In this document: positions 52,363 through 64,000 of the stretch, piece after piece
Position numbering within the stretch: the first letter of the stretch is position 1
Layout of the letters: every line of letters begins with the position of its first letter
Assembly: GCA_951406725.2 (NCBI GenBank)
Contig: OX597832.1
Location: 68,448,001-68,512,000, forward strand
DNA length: 64,000 nt
Source: Octopus vulgaris
Taxonomy: Eukaryota
Direction of reading: 5' to 3'
Notes under the pieces: model-generated
Databases searched by the model: none
What the model was told of the DNA's origin: nothing
Seen by the model: the letters and a program-made list of their open reading frames with translations, nothing else
Position numbers and translations under genes: made by a program

Positions 52363-53962
52363 TCCCATATATGGATAAGACAAATGTATATTCATCTTCT
52401 GCATATTAGAAAACATTCAAAATTTAAATGGGAAAAAAATCTTCAGTAATAACATTACCATCCATAAAGCCACCACTCACACCATCGCTCCTACGTCTAC
52501 CACCATCACCACATCCATCACCTCCAACACCAAACCACCATCCCTACCACATCCATCATCATTTTAACATTTGTGAAAGGTAAATTAAATCTTATTTATT
52601 CCTCCATTATATATATTTCCATAATTCTAAGAATTGTATTAGAGAAGTACAAGACTGTAATTCTAAGTAGAGTGTTGAGGAATTACAAGCCATATTCTGC
52701 CTCAAGAGAAAAAAAAATCTCTTGCCATTCCTCATACACAACATTTTCAATTAGAGCTTTGAGCTCTGGTCTAAGATTTCTTAAAATATAAACCATTATC
52801 GTCAAACTGAATGCTACACTGTCTAAGTACAGTTCTTTGTAGTATATACATGTAGGAGAAACTTCAGGAATTTCTCTACAGAACACACACACACACACAC
52901 ATGCACACACACACACACACACACATGCACACACACACACACATATAGGTGCAGGCATGGTTGTGTGGTAAGAAGCTTGCTTACCAACCACATGGTTCTG
53001 GGTTCAGTCCCACTGCATGGTATCTTGGGCAAGTGTTTACTACTATAGTTTCAGGCCAACCAAAGCCTTGTAAGTGGATTTGATAGATGCAAACTGAAAG
53101 AAGTGTGTGTGTGTGTGTGTGTGTCCCACTATTACTTGACAACTGATGTTGGTGTGTTCATGTCTCCAAAACTTAGTGTTTCAGCAAAAGAGACTGATAG
53201 TATAAGTACTAGGCTTAGAAAGACTAAGTCCTGGGGTCGATTTGTTTGACTAAAGGTGCAACTCTAGCATGGCCACAGTCAAATGACTGAAATAAGTAAA
53301 AGAATACTCACACACACATATATTTAATGGGTAGTAGTAATAATACTTTGAGTGAAACATAATTTGGAGACTGAGATGGAATGTTTAGGATGGAACTATT
53401 AAGATGGCCAATCAGTCATGAGTATGTTAGGTAAGATCCATTGTGATATTTTTGGTTCTCGTTCCTTGGGGTCTGATTTCAAATTTCCACTGATATCAAT
53501 TTTTGCTGACCATCCTTCTGGAATGGATTGAGCAAAGAACCAATCTTGAATGATGAACATCTAGAAGTTTTCCAAGCATCTAATTAGGATGCCATGTGGT
53601 ATTTGTTTCAGATCTTTGTGTTCTGACTTTATATTCTATTCTACCATCTTGGTGTATACTTGGATGGTAGAATTACTCTGCCACCTGCTTTAAGCACCCA
53701 TCACCAGCGTCCACCAGCACCACCTAACCCTTGGCTTCTTTTAGTGGAAGAGTCTTCTCAGATATAAGCATCCTGTCTGAGTGTTTGGTTCAAGGCTGCA
53801 TTCCTCCATCATCTCATACCAGTCTTGGAGGCCTTGTAAAAGCTCATTTCTACTGATCTTTCCCTTGACAAAATGACAAAAAAATCCTCAAAAAACATCA
53901 AATGTGTTTTCTAACTGAAGCCAAATAGCAAATTAATTAATTAATTGATTGACTGGGTTTAA

Positions 53963-54163
53963 CACTTTTATTGCCAATATTCTGCTGAAACGCACTTTGT
54001 TTCCATTAAACTTATTAAAATAATCATGTCATTACTAAAATGGTGTTTCCAACACAAACTAACACAAAATCTGGTTGAAGTTGTTTTAAATGAAATTGTT
54101 TTAAAATAGGGAATTCGTATCCCAGAAGCAGGAGCAGTCTCAGACAGGTTGGTACTAAACTGG
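53963..54163. mobile_element. Possible old piggyBac-like MITE
   Basis: TTAA|cactttta.. and ..taaactgg|TTAG degenerate termini; related fragment ~30745-30820. Confidence 0.35.
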
Positions 54164-54544
54164 TTAGTCTAAAGCAAGTTTAAAAATAATTATTCAGCGT
54201 TGACTGCCAGAATATTTAAGTTAAAGTTTGGATCAGAGCATATAGATGCATCAATAATTTTGAGATGGATCTGTAAGAAAAAAACACTTTTTCCCAACCA
54301 AATACACTCCTAGAGTTAGCTTTATTTCTTGAGGCCAAATTCTCAAGATACGGGGGAGGGACTGAAAGAGAATATCCTCCTGTGATCTGCTGCATTGTCT
54401 CATTGATTCCTCAAAGGTCCTCAATCAGAGCCTGCAGGCCAAGAGAAGAAAGTGTTTATCATTTATTGTAATTGATAATTTTGTGCATTTCTTGTTAAGT
54501 ATTTCAAAGAAAGGCATGTGTGTGTGTAGGAGGTTGTGTGTATG

Positions 54545-54610
<66 letters not shown>

Positions 54611-54820
54611 TGTGTGCATGTATAAAATAGATATTCTTTTATTCTTTTACTTGTTTCAGTCATTTGATTGCGGCCATGCTGGAGCACCACCTTTAGTTGA
54701 ACAAATCAACCCAAGAACTTATTATTTCTAAGCCTAGTTCTTCTATCAGTGTCTTTTGCCACACCACTAAGTTACGAGGACATAAACGCACCAATATCAG
54801 TGGGGGACAGAAATACAAAC

Positions 54821-54862
<42 letters not shown>

Positions 54863-55123
54863 GACAGGCTTCTTTCAGTTTCCATCTACCAAATCCATTC
54901 ACAAGGGTTTGGTCTGCCGAAAGCTATAGTAGAAGACACATGCCCAAGGTGCCACACAGTGGGACTGAACCTGGAATCATGTGGTTAGGAAGCAAGCTTG
55001 TTACCATAGAGCCATGGCTTCACCTATATATTAGTTCGATTTACATTATGCATGTTATTTACATTATTTATATTTGACAGATATTTGTCCACATCTTGTT
55101 TGTTGTTAATCTTGTTTGTTGTC

Positions 55124-55640
55124 TATTTAGCCAGAGGGGAAGCAGATAAGAAAAAAATTGCCAATGTTCTGCGCTGTGAGGACCAAAGACTTGAGGTATT
55201 TCGTGTTGCAAGACAGTGTGTGAGAGAGACTCTTGATGTCATAGGAGAGAAATGTATCTTCATGCATGATTGCTCACTTGCATTAAATGAGGCTGCAAAG
55301 AGAGAGGTTTGGAGATGCCACTATGGAAAGAGAATGAATGGGAGAAAGAGAGTCTGCCAAATGTCAACCCAACAGAGACACCAGCTATCTGAATTGACAG
55401 TAACCTTGGTAGAAAAAGCAATTAAGGGTATGAAGACAGGGAAAGCCCTCAGCCCATCAGGAATCACCACAGAGATGCTCAAAATATCTGGCAGTGTCGG
55501 CTATAGCCTAGTTACCCATATAGGTAACCAGGTGGTACATGAAGGAGTCATACCGAGGAGAGTGACTGTGTGCAAGATGAGAGGCTAGATTATGATAGAT
55601 GGACAGAGATTGCTGTGTTACTACAGAGGAGAGACTTGGC
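55124..55640 (+). mobile_element. RTE LINE fragment, same family as 1281-2544
   Basis: LARGEADKKKIANVLRCEDQRLEVFRVARQCVRE..GKALSPSGITTEMLKISGSVGY; preceded by a short Penelope terminal fragment (55050-55110). Confidence 0.85.
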
Positions 55641-55703
55641 TACCCCAGTAGAACAAGGAAGGAGAGAAAGGGGAGAGAGGTAGAGAGAAAGAGAGAGACA
55701 GTC

Positions 55704-55734
<31 letters not shown>

Positions 55735-56274
55735 AATAGATGGTGTTCAGAGAGAAATATTTTGGGATCATTAAAATAAGTAGCAATTAAGTACTAGCAC
55801 TGATAGTATTGACTGACCCCTCCACCCAAAACTAATGGCCCCTGGGCCTAAACTAGAAACTGTTATTTCTGAATATAATGATGATTTCTTAAGATGATGA
55901 TGATGATGATGATGATGAAGAAGGAAGTGTAATTTGTGGAAGCATTTGGCTGCAGATTCTAGCAGATCAGTGAAGTTCATGGAAACTTCTTTGTAGTTAA
56001 AATCTTCAAATGGTCAGATAAGAAATGCAGTGGTAAATTAAACAGAATGTTATGTTTATTAGGACAGTGGTGTATATAATGAAGAAAGAATAGCTTCCTG
56101 GATTTAGAATTCAAAATTGTGAAAAAGGAAAGGTTTAGCTGCCAGTGTTGCACCAAAGTCTTCTTCTTTAAAACATCTATAGATATGGTTTATAGTGATA
56201 GTGTTATACACACATACAAACAAACACACATGCTCTCAAGTATATGTAAGTTATTACATAAGTAGATGCATATA

Positions 56275-57153
56275 CAGGGTGCGATGGGTAAATTGCCGAC
56301 ATTTTATATTTTTAATTTTGCACATGTGCATTGTTTGTTTTTGATTTTGTCTATTACAGAGTATAGTAGGGTCAACAGGGCATCATCTGTGAGAAAAACA
56401 GCACCATGAGGCAATTCACACTGCCAGAAATTTGGAAATGATATGCTGTACTGCTTGGCATTTGGGCTGGAAGATCCAATATGAATATTTCGGAGTGTTT
56501 GGGTGTCAATCTAAGGACAGTGCAATCTGAGGACATGTTCCGAGAGTGATAAAAATCAAACATCCAATCAACATCATGGTGTTTGGAGTGTTTACTAGTG
56601 ATGGCAACATTATGCCAACATTCATCTTCCCACACAGCCTCAGACTCAATATGGAGGCCTATATCAAGTGCCTGGAGGAGATCCTGGGTCAAGAGAGTGG
56701 CTGCTGGAAAACTGTATGTCTTGCAACAGGACTCTGCACCATGCCACAGAAGCAGGAGAACCCAGTCGTGGCTGTCAGACAATTTCTGCGACCATATCAC
56801 CCCTAGCATCTAGCCACCTAACTCCACAGACTGAAACTCCCTTGATTATTATGTGTGGTATGCAGTTGAGTGAGAAATCAACAAAACCCCTTGTAACACC
56901 AAAGATGAACTGAAGGCAAAGATTATAGCATTATTCACCAGCTTACACAAGGAGACTATCCAGAAGAGTTGCAGGAAGTTCTGAAGTTGTCTGGAGACCC
57001 TGGTTGAAGCCAATGCCGATTTTATTGAATAAATTTACTCTTTGGTATTTCAAGGTATTTTAATGTAATTTTGGTAAATATATGTTAAAATGAGATGTCA
57101 GTGTTATTTTCATATTTGTGTAATTTAGATGACAATATATTCACCACATGCTG
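56275..57153 (+). mobile_element. DD37D (maT-like) deletion derivative, copy 2
   Basis: TA|cagggtgcgatgggtaaatt TIR; QQDSAPCHRSRRTQSWLSDNFCDHITP; same deletion junction as copy 1. Confidence 0.88.
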
Positions 57154-57206
57154 TATATAAATGCATGCAAACATACATATTTATATACATGTATACACAT
57201 ACCATG

Positions 57207-57249
<43 letters not shown>

Positions 57250-58064
57250 GCATATTACATTAAATATACACATAAAAACATAAACTGACATACATACACA
57301 CACACACACACATATGTGCATATACTAAGATACTTAAATGTGTGTGTCTGTCTGTACAGATATGTTTACATATATGCATATATGGGGAAGGGGTGACGGG
57401 TGTGCGTGAGCGTGTATAAATTAATTATTCACTCATCTCTTGCAGGATATTAATGCTTTCATATTTTGAAATAGTTATACTATGATAATGTATATACACA
57501 CATATCTACTTACAAATATACACACGTATACATATACATGTTTGTGCATGTGTGTGTAAGTATATATATATATATATATATACATGTTTCTGTACGTATA
57601 TGTATGTATATCTATCTCTGTCTCTCTCTTTATATATATATATATAAATTATATCTAAGGCTTCATGCCTACATAAAATATTAATACCTCGTTTGAAGTA
57701 TTGAAATTTATTTATTGGTAGTACTGCGTACGTCGGAAGTGTGCTGCAATGCTATGCAAAGCCAATATGTCTGTCGATGTATGAATGTGTATTGGGAGAT
57801 GATGTGGAGTGAATGTGGACAGGCAGCTGGAGGAGGAGGAAGAGGAGGGGGTTTGTGATAAAAGTGTGTTTCGCAGTCATGGAGTTTTAGGTTCACACCT
57901 GCTGTACGGAATTTTTACATTGGTGTTTGTTTTGTTTAACTGAAGCTTTGAGGACAAGCAATGTCTGTGAGTTATATTTGGCAGCCAGAAATACTTTTGT
58001 ACTCTACTGCCCTATGCTATATGAGAGTGTGTATGTATAGGTATATATGCATACATATACACAC

Positions 58065-58100
<36 letters not shown>

Positions 58101-59647
58101 ATGCATGTATGTACGTATGTATGCACACAAACACATATATGAATATGTACATACATATGTATATATATACACACACACATACATGTGTGGTCTATGTCAA
58201 ATTATAATGGTTTCAAATTTTGGCACAAGGCCAGCAATTTCAGGGTAGGGGTTGAGTCGATTACATCGACCCCAGTGTTCAACTGCTACTTATTTCATTG
58301 ACCCTAAAAGGATTAAAGGTAAAAGTTGGCCTTGGTGATATTTGAACCCCTACCTTGAAAACAGATGATGTTAAGTTATAATAAGCACAATTTTTATTAA
58401 CTAAGGATCTCTCAATATTTTTTGTAGGGTACATATTCATTATTTCTTAACAAGAATTGTATTGACAGTAACTTTGAAATTTCATGCTGTTAAATCATTA
58501 GTGAACAATCCACTGATAGTTTAGCAGGCCAAAACTTTAACCCAGTCACTCTCAATGCTTTGCTTGTTAAAGAATAATATATACATATAAATGTGTGTGT
58601 TTAAATGTATGTTCACATATGGGTGTGTGCATGTGTATGCTTGTGTGTGTGTATGTATGTATGCGTATGCATATTTGTGTAAGTCAGCATGTGTGCGTAT
58701 GTGTGTATCAACTTTTAAGGTTTATAAGAAACCAAAAGAGATCCATGTCATTCACAAACAATCATGGCTTGGCAACTGACTATGCATTGGTCAGTTGTTT
58801 TAGATACTTATGTAGTGGTGAGCAGACAAAGATACCAACAGATCCACTTGACTTAGTGGCACATTGAAGATACGGAAGTAGGAGGAAGTATAGGAACATC
58901 AGGTGGTACCTGTTTACAGCTGAGTAGACTCAAGCAACATGAAATGAAGTGTGTTAAGCAAAATCAGCATTGACTTGAAAGAGTTGTGTGCCAATGCCAT
59001 GTAAAAACACCTGTGTGGTGCTACATTAAAAGCACATGCTGCAAAGTTGTTGGCATTAGAAAGGGCATCCAACCAAAGAAAATATGCAAAATCAAACTAG
59101 AACCTGATTCAGCTTTCCAGCCTTGCCAGCCCTGGTCAAACCATCCAACCCATGCTAGCATCGAAAATGGACTTTAAAGAATGATGATGATGATGATGAT
59201 GATATATATATATATATATATATATATTTCATGCTATGTTAAGAAATGATGCATATTACCAGAATTATGAATTGAAATCAAATATAACAAATTACTCCAA
59301 ATTGTTGCTAGAGTATCCACAAAAGTGAGGTCTGGACTGGTTAACTGAGGAAGATCCTATGTAATAGATGCACTTTCCATTATATATTAAGCAGAATTGA
59401 AATGTGTGTATTAAAGGATTTCAAAACATCACTGCTACTAATACTTGCATATGTTGAGAAAACTAAAAAATATTCTTCAGGTGCAAACCACAAATCATAA
59501 CAAATCAAAGAAATTGAAACTATTGGTGGCACTTTAATATATGTGACCTTTAATAAATAAATAATAGTCATCGCTCACCTGATGGAGTACTTTTCTTGTT
59601 GAATTTTCTATCACAGGATCAGCACATTATGTGTGTATATATATATA

Positions 59648-59686
<39 letters not shown>

Positions 59687-59693
59687 TTATATT

Positions 59694-59733
<40 letters not shown>

Positions 59734-59801
59734 TACAAATATATATACACAGACATATTTACATACATATACATTCACATATATACAGATATATTTACAT
59801 G

Positions 59802-59945
59802 ATTTACATTTGACAGCTATTTGTCCTCATCTTGTTTGTTGTTAACACAATATTTTGGCTGATATACCCTCCAGTCTTCATCGGGTGTCTTGGAGAAATT
59901 TTGAATCTGGGTTCTCATTCCTAAGGTATTTTTCTGATGTTATTA

Positions 59946-60005
<60 letters not shown>

Positions 60006-60322
60006 CCACTGCCTGGAATCAAACTTGAAATCTAGGGTTTAGCAGCCTGCACTCTTAACCACTATGCTATATGCCCACAGCTATATGGCATAGTAGCATA
60101 TGGCTGTGACCTGACTAACAACAACAACAACAATAATAATAACAACATCGAAAAATACCTTAAGAATGAGAACCCAGGTTTGAAATTACCCCAAGACACC
60201 TGATAAAAGCTGGAGGGTATATCAGCCAAAACATTGTGTTAACAGCAAACAAAATGTGGACAAATATCCGTCAAATGTAAATAATGTACATAATTCGTCA
60301 TCTCTTAAATATAGAACTGTAG
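59802..60322. mobile_element. Head-to-head pair of ORF-less tRNA-head/HHR Penelope terminal units
   Basis: 59802-60080 (-) and 60084-60322 (+) both match 50697-50916; HHR remnants 59845-59888 (-) and 60196-60239 (+); tRNA-like 60003-60077 (-). Confidence 0.8.
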
Positions 60323-60342
60323 ATATATATGTGTGTGTGTGT

Positions 60343-60373
<31 letters not shown>

Positions 60374-60399
60374 AGTGTGTGTGTGAGTATGTGTGTATA

Positions 60400-61275
60400 C
60401 AGGGTGCAATGAATATACTGTTGTCTAAATTACACAAAAATGAAAATATCACTGACGTCTCATTTAGACGGAAATATTTACCAAAATGTCAGAAAGATAT
60501 CTTGAAATACCAAAGAGTAACTTCATTCGATAAATTCACCATTGGCTTCAACTACGGCCTCCAGACGACTTTGGAATGTTTTGCAATTCTTCTGGAGAGT
60601 CTTCTTGTTTCTGTTGGTGAATGCTACCATAATCCTTGCCTTCAGTTAATCTTTGTTGTAACAAGGAATTTTATTGGTCTCTCACTCAATTGCGCCCCAT
60701 ACATAATAATCAAGGGGGTTGAAGTCTGTGGAGTTAGGTGGCCAGATGTTAGGAGTGAATTCGGCGCATAAATTGTCTGACAGCCATGACAGGGTTCTTT
60801 TGCTTGTGTGGCAAGGTTCAGAATTCTGTTGCCAGACAAAATCTTCCAGCTGTCACCCTTTTGACTCAGGGCAGCACTCCCTTCACCAAGAACTCCCTTT
60901 TGAGTGTGAGACCTTGTAGAAAGATGAATGTTGGCATAACGTTACTATCACTAGTGATCACTCCAAACACCACGATGTTGACTGGATATTTGATTTTTAT
61001 CACTCTCTGTATATGTGTTGGGGACACAGCAAGTCAACGGTTGCTTTGTGTGTGCATCATCCATTCATATTAGATCTTCTTCATGAAAGCCAAGCAGAAC
61101 AGCATGTTATTTCCAAATTTCTGGCAAAGTGAATTGCATCAAGGTGAAGTTTTTTTTTTACAAATAGTGCCCAACCGACCCTACTATACTGTGTAGTTCA
61201 CAAAATCAAAAGCAATCAATGCACATACACGCAATTAAAAATATAAAATGGCAGCAATTTACCCATCTCACCCTG
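60400..61275 (-). mobile_element. DD37D (maT-like) deletion derivative, copy 3 (different deletion)
   Basis: TA|cagggtg termini at both ends; matches copies 1/2 in reverse; retains aaccgttgacttgctgtgtccc segment absent from them. Confidence 0.85.
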
Positions 61276-61364
61276 TACATATACACACAACACACATAAC
61301 ACACACACACAACACATCCACATATATGTATTTATGTATTAGATATATGTCATATATATATATA

Positions 61365-62602
61365 CAGTTACGGCCAAAATGTTCAGAACGGCATTGTTTT
61401 CACCAGAAAAGTAGATATAAGTTTTTATCAAAGTTGTTTTATGTTCTACGATTTTCACAGACAATAAATACAATATTAATTGTTATTGTCTGAAATTTTG
61501 GTGTAATTTGAGAGGATAATACAAAAGTTATGGATAATTTAGTGATTTACTGCAAAACCCATGGCGGCCAAAATTATCAGAACAGTTGAAAAAATAACAA
61601 AATAATCAAAAATGACAGAGAATACTAGAATTATTTAATATTTAGCGTGAAGCCCTTTAGCTTCAATCACACTTTGACATCTTAGACTGCATGAGGAAAT
61701 TAAATTTTCAATTTCTAGCTAGGTGATCTTATTCCATTCTTCCTGAAGGGCATTCCATAATTGCTCGGTTGTTTTAGGATTTCTGGCTTTCAAACGTTCT
61801 CCTAGAATATTCCACACATTTTCAATAGGATTGAGATCTGGGCTTTGAGCAGGTCAATCCATAATAATAACCTTTTCAGCCTTGAGGAAGTTCATGACCA
61901 CCTTAGCCTTGTGACATGGGGCATTGTCCTGCATGAATATGGGTGGTCGCTTAGTTGAATTTCTCAGCACAGGCAAGACATGATCTTTTACAAGTTCTTT
62001 ATAAACTCCTGCATTTACCTTTCCATGTAATCGCACCAAAGAGCCCACAACATCTCCAGATATCATTCCCCAAACCATGACACTTCCTCCACCGAATTCG
62101 ACACTAGTCTTAAGGCATTTAGGCGACAATTTTTCACCTACTTTTCAACGAACATACCTTTTCCCATCTGAGCCAAATAACATAAACTTAGATTCATCAC
62201 TGAAATGCACCGTTTGCCATTTTTCTTGAGACCACAACACATGTTCGGTTGCAAAGGTAAGACGACACTTTATTTTTGGAGCTGATCAGTGGCTTCACTG
62301 AAGGTGATCTTGCTTGTAGGTCATGTTCAACTAAACGACAAGACACAGTTTTTCAAGATAACGTTTTCTTCAGTACAATGCTCATTTCCCGATAAACAGC
62401 AGCAGCAGTTTTAAATCTATCCTTTTTAACCAACTTTACCATAGCACGATCTTCTCTCTTGGTCGTTTTTCTTGGCCTACCTGTAGACTTTCTTGCTTCA
62501 CATGAACCACAATCATCGAAGACCTTAAGAATACCGTGAACAACACTTTTTGACTCATTAACAATCTTTGCAATAGACCCAATACTTAAATTATCCTTCA
62601 CC
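61365..62602 (-). mobile_element. Tc1 (DD34E) transposon lacking its 5' TIR; IR/DR-type 3' end
   Basis: WQTVHFSDESKF; GGGSVMVWGMIS; FMQDNAPCH-(34)-PAQSPDLNPIENVW; N-terminal STGRPRKTTKREDR; TA|cagttacggccaaaat TIR with inner repeat at ~61563. Confidence 0.9.
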
Positions 62603-62681
62603 TTAATATTCTTTTACCTTCCTTCTCCAACCTCGATTGAACCCTTGAACTCTATTAACTGCCAGTCTCTCCTCCATTCAA

Positions 62682-62708
62682 CCAATCTGACGTCACCCCC
62701 TATAAATA
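62682..62708 (+). promoter_or_regulatory. CCAAT box, CRE (TGACGTCA) and TATA box cluster
   Basis: ccaat 62682-62686, tgacgtca 62688-62695, tataaata 62701-62708. Confidence 0.55.
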
Positions 62709-62796
62709 GACATTATTTATCATTATCGCTATGGGCTCCTCGTGAGCAGTCATCTAAAAACTTGTTGTGCATTTTGTTGGCGAAAGAAGTTCCTGG

Positions 62797-62882
62797 ATTT
62801 TCCTGAAGAGAAAGCTGCATAATGGACTTCTTATTCATTCAGAATTAGGGATTTTGCAGACTTCGAAACATATGTCGAAAAT
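62797..62882 (+). ncRNA. Type I hammerhead ribozyme, intact core
   Basis: attttc-CTGAAGA-gaaagctgcataat..attttgcagacttc-GAAAC-atat-GTC-gaaaat; 6-bp stem I, palindromic stem III ACATATGT; predicted cut after C62876. Confidence 0.82.
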
Positions 62883-64000
62883 AAAATAAAGGAATTTTGT
62901 TAAATCTTCGCTCAGCTCCATTCTTTCCTATACTTATTATATTAAATTAAACTTCAAATTTCTGCACTAAGGCATGGAGTATATGCCCTATGGTCGTAAA
63001 TTCAACCATGTTCTTTCTGTTGTGAGTTTGCTACCCAGGTATCGGTTATCTTACGAATTATCCGTAATAAGATAATTCATTTATCTACTCATATATATAG
63101 ATATATATATATGCTTACACACACTCATATGTTACTGTTAGTGAGGAAAATTGATATTTTAGAGTTGGTTCTTGAAAAGTGAATTAAAATCAAAAATATA
63201 AGTTAATACTGAAATGTATTAACCCTGCTCATGCACACACACACACACACACACACATATGCAAAATAATATGCAAAAACATGAGGATGAGAATATCAAT
63301 TCCCCAACACTTGTGAGGTTTTTTCTCTTAACAATTTTTTTATTTCTATCTCTGGTCTTGAATTTTAAAAATCTTGAAACTAGGAACATTTTTATCTTTC
63401 TTTATTAAATAAAGTCAGGGTAAAATTTTATTTGAAATAGGAAAAAAAAAACCGTGTATCTTTAAAAAAATATGTATATAAAATGAAAATTGGAATTACT
63501 TATCAAATTTAAAGGTAAATATTTCACATAAGGAATTTTTTTACAGACAGAAATGCAATTTGATTTAAGAAAAACTAAAAAAATAGAATTTATTCAATAT
63601 CCTTCACTCAACCCAAATTTGGATCTAGGTTTTATCAATTTGAAGTTTCAAACTGAGTGAAAATATGGTGATGGTGTGTGTTGTGGTGGTGGTGGTGGTG
63701 GTAGCAGCGGCTGCGGTGATGAGGGTTCATATGATGTGGTGGGCGTGGGTGAGAAATCTTAAATGAAATCATGTCCTGTTCTCCGTTGGAGTGCAGTTCA
63801 ATATGCATGATCTACATGTGTATGAGTGCTATTACAAATATACATGTGTGTGTTTATATTTGTGTGTGTCTGTGTACACACATATATATACACACATAGA
63901 CTGTGTACACACATAGACTTCATAGCTAGATATATGTAAATATATATATATATATATATATATATCCTTATACATAGACTTGAAAATAAAATTTTAATTT

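Larger units (their letters stand above)
62603..63090 (+). mobile_element. Penelope-like terminal repeat with Pol II promoter motifs and HHR
   Basis: CCAAT/TGACGTCA/TATAAATA, HHR, AATAAA, ends in (TA)n. Confidence 0.7.

Noticed and set aside
53638-53673. Small hairpin attctaccatc/gatggtagaat
   Set aside because: An 11-bp stem can arise by chance in 64 kb of AT-rich DNA; no supporting context.
54300-54432. Minus-strand acceptor ctttcttctcttggcctgcag
   Set aside because: All three frames stop within 7 codons; no further evidence.
2437-59845. Dozens of ORFs rich in YI/HT/CV/LS/poly-I/poly-V
   Set aside because: Translations of (TA)n, (CA)n, (CTAT)n, (TAA)n and (TAG)n microsatellites, not genes.

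Overview
AT-rich, microsatellite-saturated eukaryotic DNA whose repeat families (CORE-type OR2-like tRNA SINE, RTE, CR1-group and Dong/R4 LINEs, Penelope-like elements) point to a coleoid cephalopod, most likely Octopus; this is inferred from the repeats, not verified by search. I recognise no host protein-coding gene. Most listed ORFs are microsatellite artefacts, and the window looks intronic or intergenic, with only weak candidate exons on the minus strand. The real coding remnants are all from transposable elements: a nearly intact CR1-group reverse transcriptase (44167-45837), RTE, BovB-like and Dong/R4 LINE fragments, a Penelope-like RT/GIY-YIG fragment, three DD37D (maT) deletion derivatives, a DD34D mariner, a DD34E Tc1 and two Helitron derivatives. 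The most interesting signal is a set of eight hammerhead-ribozyme (HHR) motifs, two with intact cores, in Penelope-like terminal repeats next to microsatellites (mostly (TA)n). One family has a tRNA-derived Pol III head (A/B boxes) just upstream of the HHR. It occurs both inside the coding Penelope copy and as a free, ORF-less head-to-head pair, suggesting a Penelope-mobilised tRNA-SINE/retrozyme. Coordinates were read by eye, and the ends of decayed repeats are approximate.
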